A stretch of DNA of 64,000 bases from an uncultured Gammaproteobacteria bacterium (GTDB lineage: Bacteria > Patescibacteriota > Microgenomatia > JAMCZE01): positions 537,984 to 601,983 of the forward strand of contig CAZXMM010000001.1 of NCBI GenBank assembly GCA_964641255.1, in the 5' to 3' direction. Shown piece after piece: positions 1 through 8,646 of this stretch. Position 1 is the stretch's first letter. Each line of letters starts with the position of its first letter. The notes under the pieces were generated by a model, which worked only from the letters and a program-made list of their open reading frames with translations, had not been told where the DNA came from and did no database searches. A program made the translations under genes and the position numbers.

Positions 1-895
1 GTGATGTCCCAATTTTCGGCCGTTTAACTACTAATACTATTAACCCAAGAAGTGAAAAGAGAAATAATGGCGGTGTTAAGTAACTGCTTAACCACCTACT
101 ACTAAGCTCCATGTTAGGAGTAAAAAGTGCTCCAAAAGCGGGAGAAGCCAGTTTGGCCCCCGGAGTATAGTCCAAAGATTTTCTAATGTATTCAAAATAT
201 CCCGTCGAAACGATGTTAATGTTGGCTACGATCTGACAAGTTAAAACGGCGCACAATAACAAAAAAACAGTACCCCTTGTTAATAAAGGTCGTGTTTGCA
301 CCAAAAATACTAGTGGGGTAATGCCTAAATATAAAATGGCCGGGGATTTACTCAGAAAGGCAAATCCTAAAAAAAGTCCCCACAAGAGTGCGTCCCTTAG
401 TTGCCTTGTCCGAGCCGTCCTACAGGCTAGGTAAGCACCCATTGTCATCATGGCAGCTAGTTGGCTGTCATAAAGAAGCATCCGGTCATGAAATAGGAGA
501 AATGGAGTGAGAATAGCTATTAAGGCTGCTAAGAGTGCCACCCTCTTTGACTTAAACCATAAATAAGTAAGTCGGTAGGTGGCAATTATAGTTATTGCTC
601 CAAAAAATACTGAGGGTAGCCTACCTGCCAAAAGGTAAAGGTGTTCTGGTAAGATCTTGAGAAAAAAAGCCACCATCCAGATGAGGGGAAAAGCCTTACC
701 TGAAGTGAAACTAATAAACAAATGACTATTGGAAACCGCAATTCGTTTTGCCCACATCAGATAGTTAGCTTCATCAAAAAAGATGGGTAGGAGATCGAGA
801 TTAATTAGGCGTGTTACAAGGTAAAGACATGCTAAGATGACACTAATGAAAATAAATAGTTTATCCCTGTTATTTTTTAGTCTCTTAACCCTCAT
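1..895 (-). CDS. GT-C membrane glycosyltransferase, ArnT/PMT (GT39)-like. Its 3' end lies beyond the window start.
   Basis: The minus-strand frame is open from an ATG at about 895 down to position 1. Translation begins MRVKRLKNNRDKLFIFISVILACLYLVTRLINLDLLPIFFDEANYLMWAKRIA, the typical GT-C N-terminus with a D-E-x-x-Y loop motif after the first TM helix. It is followed by multiple hydrophobic helices. The ORF track omits it because its stop is outside the window. Confidence 0.5.
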   Translation of the reverse strand, partial: MRVKRLKNNRDKLFIFISVILACLYLVTRLINLDLLPIFFDEANYLMWAKRIAVSNSHLFISFTSGKAFPLIWMVAFFLKILPEHLYLLAGRLPSVFFGAITIIATYRLTYLWFKSKRVALLAALIAILTPFLLFHDRMLLYDSQLAAMMTMGAYLACRTARTRQLRDALLWGLFLGFAFLSKSPAILYLGITPLVFLVQTRPLLTRGTVFLLLCAVLTCQIVANINIVSTGYFEYIRKSLDYTPGAKLASPAFGALFTPNMELSSRWLSSYLTPPLFLFSLLGLIVLVVKRPKIGTS

Positions 896-2438
896 TGTTA
901 CCTTCCCTTTGGCTCTACATTTGAATACTCTTATTCTTGATCGTTATGACGGATTGTTAATTACTTGGATTATCAATTGGAATGTTCATAGTTTTAGTTT
1001 GGGACTTCCAGGGATTCTTAATTATTTTAACGCCAATATCTTCTTTCCTTATCATAACACGCTTGCTTTCTCTGATTACCATTTCTTAAACGGCCTAATT
1101 GCCCTGCCCTTCGTCTTTATTACTGGTGAACCGCTCGTAGGCTACAATATTAACTATCTTCTAGGATTTAGTCTTACTGCTTGGGCAATGTTTCTTCTCA
1201 TAAGATCCCTCACGCGAGATACTAGGTGTGCGCTCCTTTGTGGCACACTGTTTTCCTTCTCTATGATCCACTTAAGCTACATGACCCATTTGCAGCTGTT
1301 TGATTTTTACCCGGTAATTTTTGCTACCCACTTCTTATTACAACGTCGCTTCCTTCTTTTTCTTTGTACGTTTATCCTCGCTGTCTTGACTATGCCCCTC
1401 AACATTTTCTTTCTACTCGCCGTGGTAACTAGCTACTTTCTTACCATAAAAAGGGATGATAAAAGGCTTTTACTTTCTGCTGTCGTAGCTTGGGCAGTGA
1501 GTGGACTACTATTACTTCCTTATGTTTTTGTTTCTCACGAGTTTAATTATGTTCGCCCAATCCAAGAAGTCATCCACTTTTCTCTTAAATATCCAGACTT
1601 GGTTCGCATTAACGAAAGTAGTCGCCTTGTCAGTTTTTTAGGATCACAAGACTCAGGTACCCCCGCATTTTTTGGAGTCATATTTCTCCTTCTATTGTTA
1701 ATTCTTTTCTGGCAACGCCTAAGAAATTTTTCCTTGATTACTCCTAGCCCACAACTTAACTTTGCTTTTCTCCTCGGTGCTCTGTCTTTTATTCTCTCTT
1801 TTGGCCCGGCTTTCCACGTGGTTACCCATACAATTCGGGCTGGGTTTCTGCCCTTTATTCCCATGCCGTATCTTATTCTTTACTATCTCTTGCCTGGATT
1901 TTCTGGCTTTCGGACTCCATCTCGCTGGATACTTCTTAGTGCCTTCGCCCTAGTAATTGCTATTGGCATTCATTTTAAAAGAAAGATTTCCTCAGTAAGT
2001 CTCAGCTTCCTCATTGCTCTTATTCTTTTAGAGATTAATTTGCCCTTTTCCTACATTTTGGTACCGACTGTCAAAGACTTTCCACCAGAACAAGCGTGGT
2101 TGAAGGCTAATTCTAGTGGCCAAGCCATTATTCAATTCCCCATTTACAATTGGGCTGATTTTGACGGAGTTGGCGAGGAGACACTTAGGATGTACTATTC
2201 AACAATTCATTGGCAGCCAATGTTTAATGGCTACTCCGGATTTTTTCCTGAAGCGTGGCAAAACAAAGTGGGCTGGTTGAGAAAAGAGTTTCCCTCGACT
2301 AAAACTTTACAGTTTCTTAAAGATAAACAGATAAAATTAATTTTGGTTCCAGAAGGTTGGAAGGCTAGAATGCTACCCTTTAACCAAGTAGAATTGATAG
2401 AGGAATTTCCCAACACTTTAATTTATAAGCTGCAATGA
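837..2438 (+). CDS. Polytopic membrane protein of 533 aa, about 12 predicted helices plus a C-terminal soluble domain. Putative GT-C-like glycosyltransferase.
   Basis: Long hydrophobic ORF, divergent from the GT39-like gene. Its 5' end overlaps that gene by about 59 nt. Its C-terminal domain of about 150 aa is hydrophilic. Placement in a glycosylation cluster supports the call. Confidence 0.4.
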   Translation: MTLMKINSLSLLFFSLLTLIVTFPLALHLNTLILDRYDGLLITWIINWNVHSFSLGLPGILNYFNANIFFPYHNTLAFSDYHFLNGLIALPFVFITGEPLVGYNINYLLGFSLTAWAMFLLIRSLTRDTRCALLCGTLFSFSMIHLSYMTHLQLFDFYPVIFATHFLLQRRFLLFLCTFILAVLTMPLNIFFLLAVVTSYFLTIKRDDKRLLLSAVVAWAVSGLLLLPYVFVSHEFNYVRPIQEVIHFSLKYPDLVRINESSRLVSFLGSQDSGTPAFFGVIFLLLLLILFWQRLRNFSLITPSPQLNFAFLLGALSFILSFGPAFHVVTHTIRAGFLPFIPMPYLILYYLLPGFSGFRTPSRWILLSAFALVIAIGIHFKRKISSVSLSFLIALILLEINLPFSYILVPTVKDFPPEQAWLKANSSGQAIIQFPIYNWADFDGVGEETLRMYYSTIHWQPMFNGYSGFFPEAWQNKVGWLRKEFPSTKTLQFLKDKQIKLILVPEGWKARMLPFNQVELIEEFPNTLIYKLQ

Positions 2439-3187
2439 TTTCTATCTGTATTCTTACTCATAACAACGCAAGAACACTAGAAAATTGCCTAAACTCCGTT
2501 TCTTGGGGGGATGAAATAGTTGTGGTGGACGATAATTCTACAGATGGTAGCGTGGCTTTAGTAAAAAAGATTATCCCTAAGGCCCGTATATTTACAAGAT
2601 CACTAGAAGGAAACTTCGCGGCTCAAAGAAATTTTGCTCTAGAGAAAGCAACGGGGGACTGGGTGCTTTTTGTTGATTCAGATGAAGTAGTAACTTTTAG
2701 ACTGCGAGTGGAAATTGAGTCGGCGATTAAAGCACAAAAGACCAATGGCTTTTTGCTAAGCCGCCACGATATATTTTTTGCCAAGAGATTGCATTTTGGG
2801 GAGACAGGGCAGATTCGTCTTTTGCGTTTGGGGAGAAAAGGCAAAGGAAAGTGGAAACGCGAGGTACACGAAAAATGGGAGATTGAAGGAAGGATTATGG
2901 CAATATCTGCCCCTCTTGAACATTATCCCCATCCTACTATTAAAGAATTTGTTCATGATCTTAATTTTTACACCTCAATTGATGCCGCTTATATGTACTT
3001 TAAGGATGGTATTCGTTTCAGCTATTTCCGTGTTGTAGCTAATCCTCTTGGGAAGTTCTTACACAACTTCTTTTTAAAGTTGGGATTTCTCGATGGGAGA
3101 GCTGGATTTATTATAGCTGTTATGATGAGCTTACACTCTTTGCTAGTAAGAGTAAAACTCTATGAGTACAAAACTAAAGCCGACTAA
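2435..3187 (+). CDS. Family 2 glycosyltransferase
   Basis: ILTHNNARTLENCLNSV...VVDDNSTDGS...FVDSDE matches the GT2 nucleotide-sugar binding fold with DxD. There is a 4-nt overlap with the upstream gene. Confidence 0.75.
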   Translation: MISICILTHNNARTLENCLNSVSWGDEIVVVDDNSTDGSVALVKKIIPKARIFTRSLEGNFAAQRNFALEKATGDWVLFVDSDEVVTFRLRVEIESAIKAQKTNGFLLSRHDIFFAKRLHFGETGQIRLLRLGRKGKGKWKREVHEKWEIEGRIMAISAPLEHYPHPTIKEFVHDLNFYTSIDAAYMYFKDGIRFSYFRVVANPLGKFLHNFFLKLGFLDGRAGFIIAVMMSLHSLLVRVKLYEYKTKAD

Positions 3188-4373
3188 GGCCCACTTACCC
3201 CTTATGAAAATTATCATCGGCTTACTGCTATTGCTATTTTCCTTGGGCCAACTAGGACGGCTGAATATTTTTGGTTCGGAGTTAGTTATTCACCTCAATG
3301 ATGTGGCCGTTGGTTTATTTGTGCTTGGCACATTCATTTGGAAGCGGGCGACCCTAATTTCTGTGGTAAAGAGGGACCCCCTGTCACTTCCACTCGTCCT
3401 ATGGATTGGAGCAATGAGTTTATCACTTATTATCAACAGTATGCGCCTTTCCCTCTCTGAGCTCGTGATTTCGTCACTGTACGCCGTGCGCTTTGTTGCC
3501 TATACTGGAGTTTACTTTGCTGTTAAGCTGACACTGACTAAAGACATTGAATCCTTCTGGGGCAAAGGGCTAGTCTTAGCTACCGTAGCAGTAGCGGGAG
3601 TAGGAGTTTTGCAATACGTCTTTATTCCCGACGTCTCCTTTCTGCAAGCCACTTCCTGGGACGATCACTACTACCGGCTAATTTCTACATTTTTTGACCC
3701 CGGCTTTACCGGAGCAATCTTGGCTCTGGGGTTATTGGTGGCCTTTTTAGGCCGAAAACACAAATCCGACTGGGGAGTAATTACTCTTATCTATCTTGCC
3801 CTGGCGCTGACCTATTCTCGGGCCTCGTTTCTTCTCTACATGGCCGGATTTACGATCATTGCGCTTTGGCAGCGGTCGACAAAGCTTTTTATTGGAGCGG
3901 CTCTGCTTCTTGTGATCACCATTGCTCTGCTGCCTAATAATATACAAAGCGAGGGGACGCAACTTAACCGCGAAAATAGTGTGTGGTCAAGAATTAATAA
4001 TTGGCAGCAAAGCATTACTATATGGACCAAGGCCCCTCTCTTTGGTCACGGGTTTAATACCTACCGATATGTACAAAGGGATCTTGGGTACCTTAGGCCC
4101 GAGCTCATTAATGAAAGTCACGCAGCAGCGGGGGCTGACTCCTCCCTACTATTAGTATTAGCAACTACGGGAGCCGTCGGGTTAGGCGCCTACCTTTATT
4201 TGCTTTTTACAATGGCCAGACTGGGAAGATATAACAGTCTTTTTTTAGCGAGCTTTGCTGGGGTAGTGGTGCACAGTTTTTTTAATAATACACTTTTCTA
4301 TGCGTGGATTATGGAGTGGCTATGGATACTGTTGGCTCTCGTCCCACTTAGAGAACCAAAAAAAGTCTCTTAA
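3162..4373 (+). CDS. O-antigen ligase (Wzy_C) family membrane protein
   Basis: Polytopic membrane protein with the YSRASFLLYMAGF motif typical of the O-antigen ligase / Wzy_C domain. Confidence 0.65.
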   Translation: MSTKLKPTKAHLPLMKIIIGLLLLLFSLGQLGRLNIFGSELVIHLNDVAVGLFVLGTFIWKRATLISVVKRDPLSLPLVLWIGAMSLSLIINSMRLSLSELVISSLYAVRFVAYTGVYFAVKLTLTKDIESFWGKGLVLATVAVAGVGVLQYVFIPDVSFLQATSWDDHYYRLISTFFDPGFTGAILALGLLVAFLGRKHKSDWGVITLIYLALALTYSRASFLLYMAGFTIIALWQRSTKLFIGAALLLVITIALLPNNIQSEGTQLNRENSVWSRINNWQQSITIWTKAPLFGHGFNTYRYVQRDLGYLRPELINESHAAAGADSSLLLVLATTGAVGLGAYLYLLFTMARLGRYNSLFLASFAGVVVHSFFNNTLFYAWIMEWLWILLALVPLREPKKVS

Positions 4374-5101
4374 GGTTCGTATTTTATCGTCACTTCTTTT
4401 ACTGTTTCATTTCCTGCTTCATCCCGAGCCGTGATTTTAATTTTGTTCTCGCCATTATTCATCTGGAAAATATAATTGAAGTTTCCCGTTCCTGAAACGA
4501 TTGCCAAGTGTTCATTAACAATCACGGTGTTATCTGGATCGGTGCTGCCACTAATTTGTAGTGGGTTTTCCCTCACTGTATCTCCCTCTTTGGGGTTAGT
4601 AAGATCAAGCTTGGGAGCTCCGGTTAGGAGTCTGACAGAGTAATTGTCTGAGGCTGGACTTTTGCCACCACTTTTGCTGATGGCTACCGCTGAAAAGGTA
4701 TTGGTATTTTTTTCTAAATCCACTATCATCTCAAATTTCCCCATTTCGTCAGTTGTGGCGGTGCCAAGTAGGCGGTCGTTCTGATATATTTCTACTTCGG
4801 TCTCACTGTCTGAACGACCGGAGAGAGTAATACTTGCTGACTTAGTAGCCGAGAAGTTTTCAATAAATTGTGGTTGACTGGGAATAATCATGGTGGTGTC
4901 CTCAGCCCTGCTTGCCCCACCGTGCCTTACCCCACTGATCAGCCCAGTAAGACCAAAGACCGCCTGGGTGCCGAAGGTAACGAGCAGCAGGATGGTAACA
5001 ATAGAGCCCGCCAATAGTAGGTAAGTATTGCGTTTGGCTTTTTGTGCCTGGCGACTGCGTAAACGGGAGCCGTAATTCTTTTCCACACCCAATATTAGCA
5101 T
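4370..5101 (-). CDS. Membrane-anchored hypothetical protein with a beta-rich (Ig-like) ectodomain
   Basis: Basic N-terminus followed by one TM helix (LLLAGSIVTILLLVTFG), then a Thr/Ser-rich beta-strand-like sequence. No catalytic motif found. Confidence 0.35.
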   Translation of the reverse strand: MLILGVEKNYGSRLRSRQAQKAKRNTYLLLAGSIVTILLLVTFGTQAVFGLTGLISGVRHGGASRAEDTTMIIPSQPQFIENFSATKSASITLSGRSDSETEVEIYQNDRLLGTATTDEMGKFEMIVDLEKNTNTFSAVAISKSGGKSPASDNYSVRLLTGAPKLDLTNPKEGDTVRENPLQISGSTDPDNTVIVNEHLAIVSGTGNFNYIFQMNNGENKIKITARDEAGNETVKEVTIKYEP

Positions 5102-5136
5102 ATCCGTGCTAGCTTCGTGTTAAAATTCTTCAGGGT

Positions 5137-5208
5137 GCCGAAGTGGCTCAGTGGTAGAGCAGCTCTTTCGTAAAGAGCGGGTCGAGAGTTCGATTCTCTC
5201 CTTCGGCT
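5137..5208 (+). tRNA. tRNA-Thr (anticodon CGT)
   Basis: Manual cloverleaf: acceptor GCCGAAG/CTTCGGC, D arm GCTC-AGTGGTA-GAGC, anticodon arm GCTCT-TTCGTAA-AGAGC, T arm GAGAG-TTCGATT-CTCTC. CCA is not encoded. Confidence 0.8.
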
Positions 5209-5224
5209 CAAGGAGTTAATAGTA

Positions 5225-6661
5225 GTGAAAGTAAAAGACATTTATCAAAAGTTTGGCATTCCTCCGAACCTGCAAGACCACATGGTTCAGGTTTCCGGTA
5301 TTACAACCTTCATTGAAGGTCATTGGAAAAAAGCAGCGCCCACTGTGGATTGGGATTTGGTGAAGAAAGTGGCTCTTCTCCATGATTTGGGCAATGTCGT
5401 AAAATTTGATTTGGATCGTCACGTTGATTTTCTTAAGGGAGAAGAGGCAAACATTGATTACTGGCGAACGATGCAAAAAAAGATTATCGATACTTATGGT
5501 GTTGATGATCATGAGGTAACAAAAAAGATGCTTCAGGAGATCGTCATGAGTCAAGAAGCTATTGATGTAATTCAAAGTAAGGGTCTTAGTAATGCCATGG
5601 CAACAATGGATTCAGACAACTGGTCATTAAAGATTCTGTTTTACGCTGACATGCGAACATTGCCTAGTGGCATTGGTTCCCTCTCCGAACGCATGGACGA
5701 TATTGCAAAGCGTTTGCCTAAATACGGTCTGCGACCCGATTTCCAAGAACTTGTTGATGCGTGTCATGAAATCGAACGCCAAATTCAGGCAAATATTGAT
5801 GTTTCAATCTTGGACATAACCGATCGTTCTGTGGAATCGAACCCCCACGCCTTTTTGGAAATTGATGTGAGTAAGAGATTAATGAATGTTCTCTTTGATT
5901 CCATAGGGAGAACTTACGGTCTGACGCGAAAAGCCGACCCTCGAATAGTAGCAAGGCTTATTGAGCTTTTGGGCCTTCCAAAAGGATCAATAATTGCAGA
6001 TGTTGGTGCCGGAACGGGGAATTATAGCGCGGCGTTAACTGAGGCAGGCTACCGAGTTATTGCTGTAGAACCATCAATTGTTATGCGCAGCCATGGCAAA
6101 CAGCGAGTCGGGCTGGAGTGGAGAGATGGCTGGGCCGAAAATCTTCCAGTTGAGGATTCGTCGGTGGATGGAGTGATTTGCACAGCTGCCATTCATCACT
6201 TTGATGATATCCCACAAGCCTTATCTGAGATGGCCCGAGTGGTTAAAGTAAATGGTTCTATTGTGATTTTCAATGCTAAGCACGCAGACCGAAAAAACGT
6301 TTGGATTGATGATTATTTTAATCCCGAAACAACGAATACCTATCCTAGTTCAGTGGAAATAGCTGATAAACTTGACGATTTCCTTCATTCAAAAGCGGAC
6401 GTGGAACCATTCATGATTCCCCATGACATTGATGACATGTTTTTTATTTCCGGGTGGCGTCGTCCGTGGTTGTATCTTGATAAGACATTCTGTGACAACA
6501 TCTCTCCTCTTGCTAAAGCGCCAGAAGCAAAATTGACCGCCTTTCAGAATAAATTGCGGAAGGATTTACTGTCTGGTAAATGGCTAGAGAAATACGGAGA
6601 AATCCTCAAAAAAGACAGCATTGATTCAGGCTACTTTTTTGTTTATGGTAAAAAGTCCTAA
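5225..6661 (+). CDS. Fusion protein: N-terminal HD-domain phosphohydrolase and C-terminal class I SAM-dependent methyltransferase
   Basis: The N-terminus has H...ALLHDLGNV (an HD motif). The C-terminal half has IADVGAGTGNYS (methyltransferase motif I) followed by DGVICTAAIHHF. Confidence 0.55.
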   Translation: MKVKDIYQKFGIPPNLQDHMVQVSGITTFIEGHWKKAAPTVDWDLVKKVALLHDLGNVVKFDLDRHVDFLKGEEANIDYWRTMQKKIIDTYGVDDHEVTKKMLQEIVMSQEAIDVIQSKGLSNAMATMDSDNWSLKILFYADMRTLPSGIGSLSERMDDIAKRLPKYGLRPDFQELVDACHEIERQIQANIDVSILDITDRSVESNPHAFLEIDVSKRLMNVLFDSIGRTYGLTRKADPRIVARLIELLGLPKGSIIADVGAGTGNYSAALTEAGYRVIAVEPSIVMRSHGKQRVGLEWRDGWAENLPVEDSSVDGVICTAAIHHFDDIPQALSEMARVVKVNGSIVIFNAKHADRKNVWIDDYFNPETTNTYPSSVEIADKLDDFLHSKADVEPFMIPHDIDDMFFISGWRRPWLYLDKTFCDNISPLAKAPEAKLTAFQNKLRKDLLSGKWLEKYGEILKKDSIDSGYFFVYGKKS

Positions 6662-6685
6662 TGAAGCCGTTCCGGAAGAGGTTGA

Positions 6686-7153
6686 CTAATTTCCACGTCT
6701 TAGCATTATCGTTCCTTGTCCCTGCTCCATAGGACTAAATTCAATCGTCTGGCTATCATCGAATTGGGGAGGCATAGTTTGCGCTTCAGCTGCTCCTTGG
6801 TATTCATTACCTGGATAGGTCGGAGCCATTCCTTGACCAAAGCCGCCACCCATATACATCATTTGCATTTGCTCTAATCGCCGCACGCGTCGTTCTAAAT
6901 CATTATGTCTTTTTTGCATTTTGCAATGCCTCATTTGCAGTAGGAGAGCTTTCTTACGGTTAACCATCATCTCTTCCTGCACTCTTGTCGAAGGGGCCAC
7001 AGAGGTGGTTTGCCTTTGTCCAAGCAGGGGAGCGAGACGATTTTTGATTTCCACTTTGTTGTTTTGATAGGCAATGCCGAGGATAAAAGCGGCGACTGCT
7101 ACCATGACGAGAAGGATTCCTCCGGTGGCGTATTGCCGTTGTTCGTAAGTCAT
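6686..7153 (-). CDS. Hypothetical membrane-anchored protein with low-complexity Gln/Met/Gly-rich regions
   Basis: Single N-terminal TM (ILLVMVAVAAFILGIAY). No recognisable motifs. Confidence 0.3.
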   Translation of the reverse strand: MTYEQRQYATGGILLVMVAVAAFILGIAYQNNKVEIKNRLAPLLGQRQTTSVAPSTRVQEEMMVNRKKALLLQMRHCKMQKRHNDLERRVRRLEQMQMMYMGGGFGQGMAPTYPGNEYQGAAEAQTMPPQFDDSQTIEFSPMEQGQGTIMLRRGN

Positions 7154-7289
7154 AGTTATTATTATACACCCTGTGCAAAGTCCCAGAATTCCCTTACTAT
7201 AACTGTTCGTCAGTAGTGACTATTAAGCATTAACAAAGTGGTTTTTCTCTTGCTATACTAGCTCTGATAAAAGTTAGGAGGTGAGTTAA

Positions 7290-7778
7290 TTGGAAGAAAC
7301 CAAAAAATCCTATCTTAAATATGTTGTCCCAGTCAGTATTATTGCAGTCGTTGTGGTAGCCGCGGTGGTTGTTTATACCACCCAAATGGCTGGTGACAAG
7401 GCAGCGATGAAGCAAACCGCTCCGGTAGAGGTAGTTGAGGTGGCACCAAATGATGCCATGATGCAACAAGAAAACGCGAGTGGTTATAAGGATGGTACTT
7501 ACACTGTCACCGGCAAGTATGTTTCTCCTGGTGGGCCCAGAGAAGTGGGTGTAACCGTTACGCTTAAAGACGGAATCGTTACAGATTCTACTTTTGAAGG
7601 GCGGGCCACTGATCCCGCTTCAATGCGGTTTCAAAAAGAATTTGCTGAGGGCTACAAAGCTATGGTGGTGGGAAAACCCATCGAAGATCTAGCTTTGACT
7701 AAAGTGTCCGGATCGTCACTAACCCCAAAAGGATTTAATGACGCTCTTGAACAAATCAGGGCTAAGGCTCAGTCATGA
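7290..7778 (+). CDS. Exported, membrane-anchored FMN-binding (FMN_bind) domain protein, NqrC/RnfG-like
   Basis: N-terminal TM (VVPVSIIAVVVVAAVVVY), then DGTYTVTGKYVSPGGPREVGVTVTLKDGIVTDSTFEGRATDP. This resembles the FMN_bind fold and a degenerate Dxx(s/t)GA(T/S) flavinylation motif. An RBS aggagg precedes a TTG start. Confidence 0.55.
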   Translation: MEETKKSYLKYVVPVSIIAVVVVAAVVVYTTQMAGDKAAMKQTAPVEVVEVAPNDAMMQQENASGYKDGTYTVTGKYVSPGGPREVGVTVTLKDGIVTDSTFEGRATDPASMRFQKEFAEGYKAMVVGKPIEDLALTKVSGSSLTPKGFNDALEQIRAKAQS

Positions 7779-8644
7779 TCACGTTCGATGCTATTGGTAC
7801 GAGCTGGTCAATTAATGTCTTTGAAACACTAAGGCAGACTGATAGTGGGTTACTAAAAGACGCTATTTCTCAACGAATTAGCGTCTTTGACAAAGCCTAC
7901 TCTCGGTTTAGGAGCGATTCTTGGGTCAGTGAAATTGCAAAAAAGCAGGGTACCTACACCATTCCTCCTGACGGCGAGCCAATGTTCTCCCTTTACGAAA
8001 AGCTCTACAAGTTAACTGGTGGAGCTATGACTCCTCTGATTGGTAGGGCAATGGAGGAAGCTGGCTACGATGCTAACTATTCCCTGGTTCCTAAAGAGAT
8101 TCACACTGTTCCTACTTGGGAGGAAGTGGTGGCATTTTCTTTCCCAAAATTAGAACTAAAAGCGCCGGTCCTTTTTGACTTTGGAGCCATGGGCAAGGGG
8201 TATTTGGTGGATATTGTGGGAGGAGTGATGGAAGATCGGGGTGTGACTAACTATTGCATCGATGCCGGGGGAGATATTTTGTATAAAACAAGTAGTAAAA
8301 AACAGCTAGAAGTCGGACTTGAGCATCCAGGAGACAAATCGCAAGTTATTGGGGTGGCAACTATCCTTAATCAGTCCATCTGTGGTTCGGCAGGAAATAG
8401 ACGAAAGTGGGCAAATTTTCATCACGTAATAGATCCTCACACGTTAACCTCTCCCAAAGAGATTTTGGCCACCTGGGTAGTAGCCAAGACCGCTATCTTA
8501 GCTGACGCTCTTACTACCGCACTTTTCTTTGCTAAACCGGAAATATTAATACCAGAGTTCGAATTTGACTACTTAGTTATTGATGAAGACTATCAAGTTG
8601 ACAAGTCAGAAAACTTTCCTGCCACCCTGTATTATAAAGAGTAA
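7775..8644 (+). CDS. apbE: FAD:protein FMN transferase (ApbE family)
   Basis: IDAGGDILY...GSAGNRRKW..HHVIDPHTLTSP matches the ApbE signature H-H-x-I-D-P-x-T-G/S. There is a 4-nt overlap with the upstream FMN-binding gene. Confidence 0.75.
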   Translation: MITFDAIGTSWSINVFETLRQTDSGLLKDAISQRISVFDKAYSRFRSDSWVSEIAKKQGTYTIPPDGEPMFSLYEKLYKLTGGAMTPLIGRAMEEAGYDANYSLVPKEIHTVPTWEEVVAFSFPKLELKAPVLFDFGAMGKGYLVDIVGGVMEDRGVTNYCIDAGGDILYKTSSKKQLEVGLEHPGDKSQVIGVATILNQSICGSAGNRRKWANFHHVIDPHTLTSPKEILATWVVAKTAILADALTTALFFAKPEILIPEFEFDYLVIDEDYQVDKSENFPATLYYKE

Positions 8645-8646
8645 CT

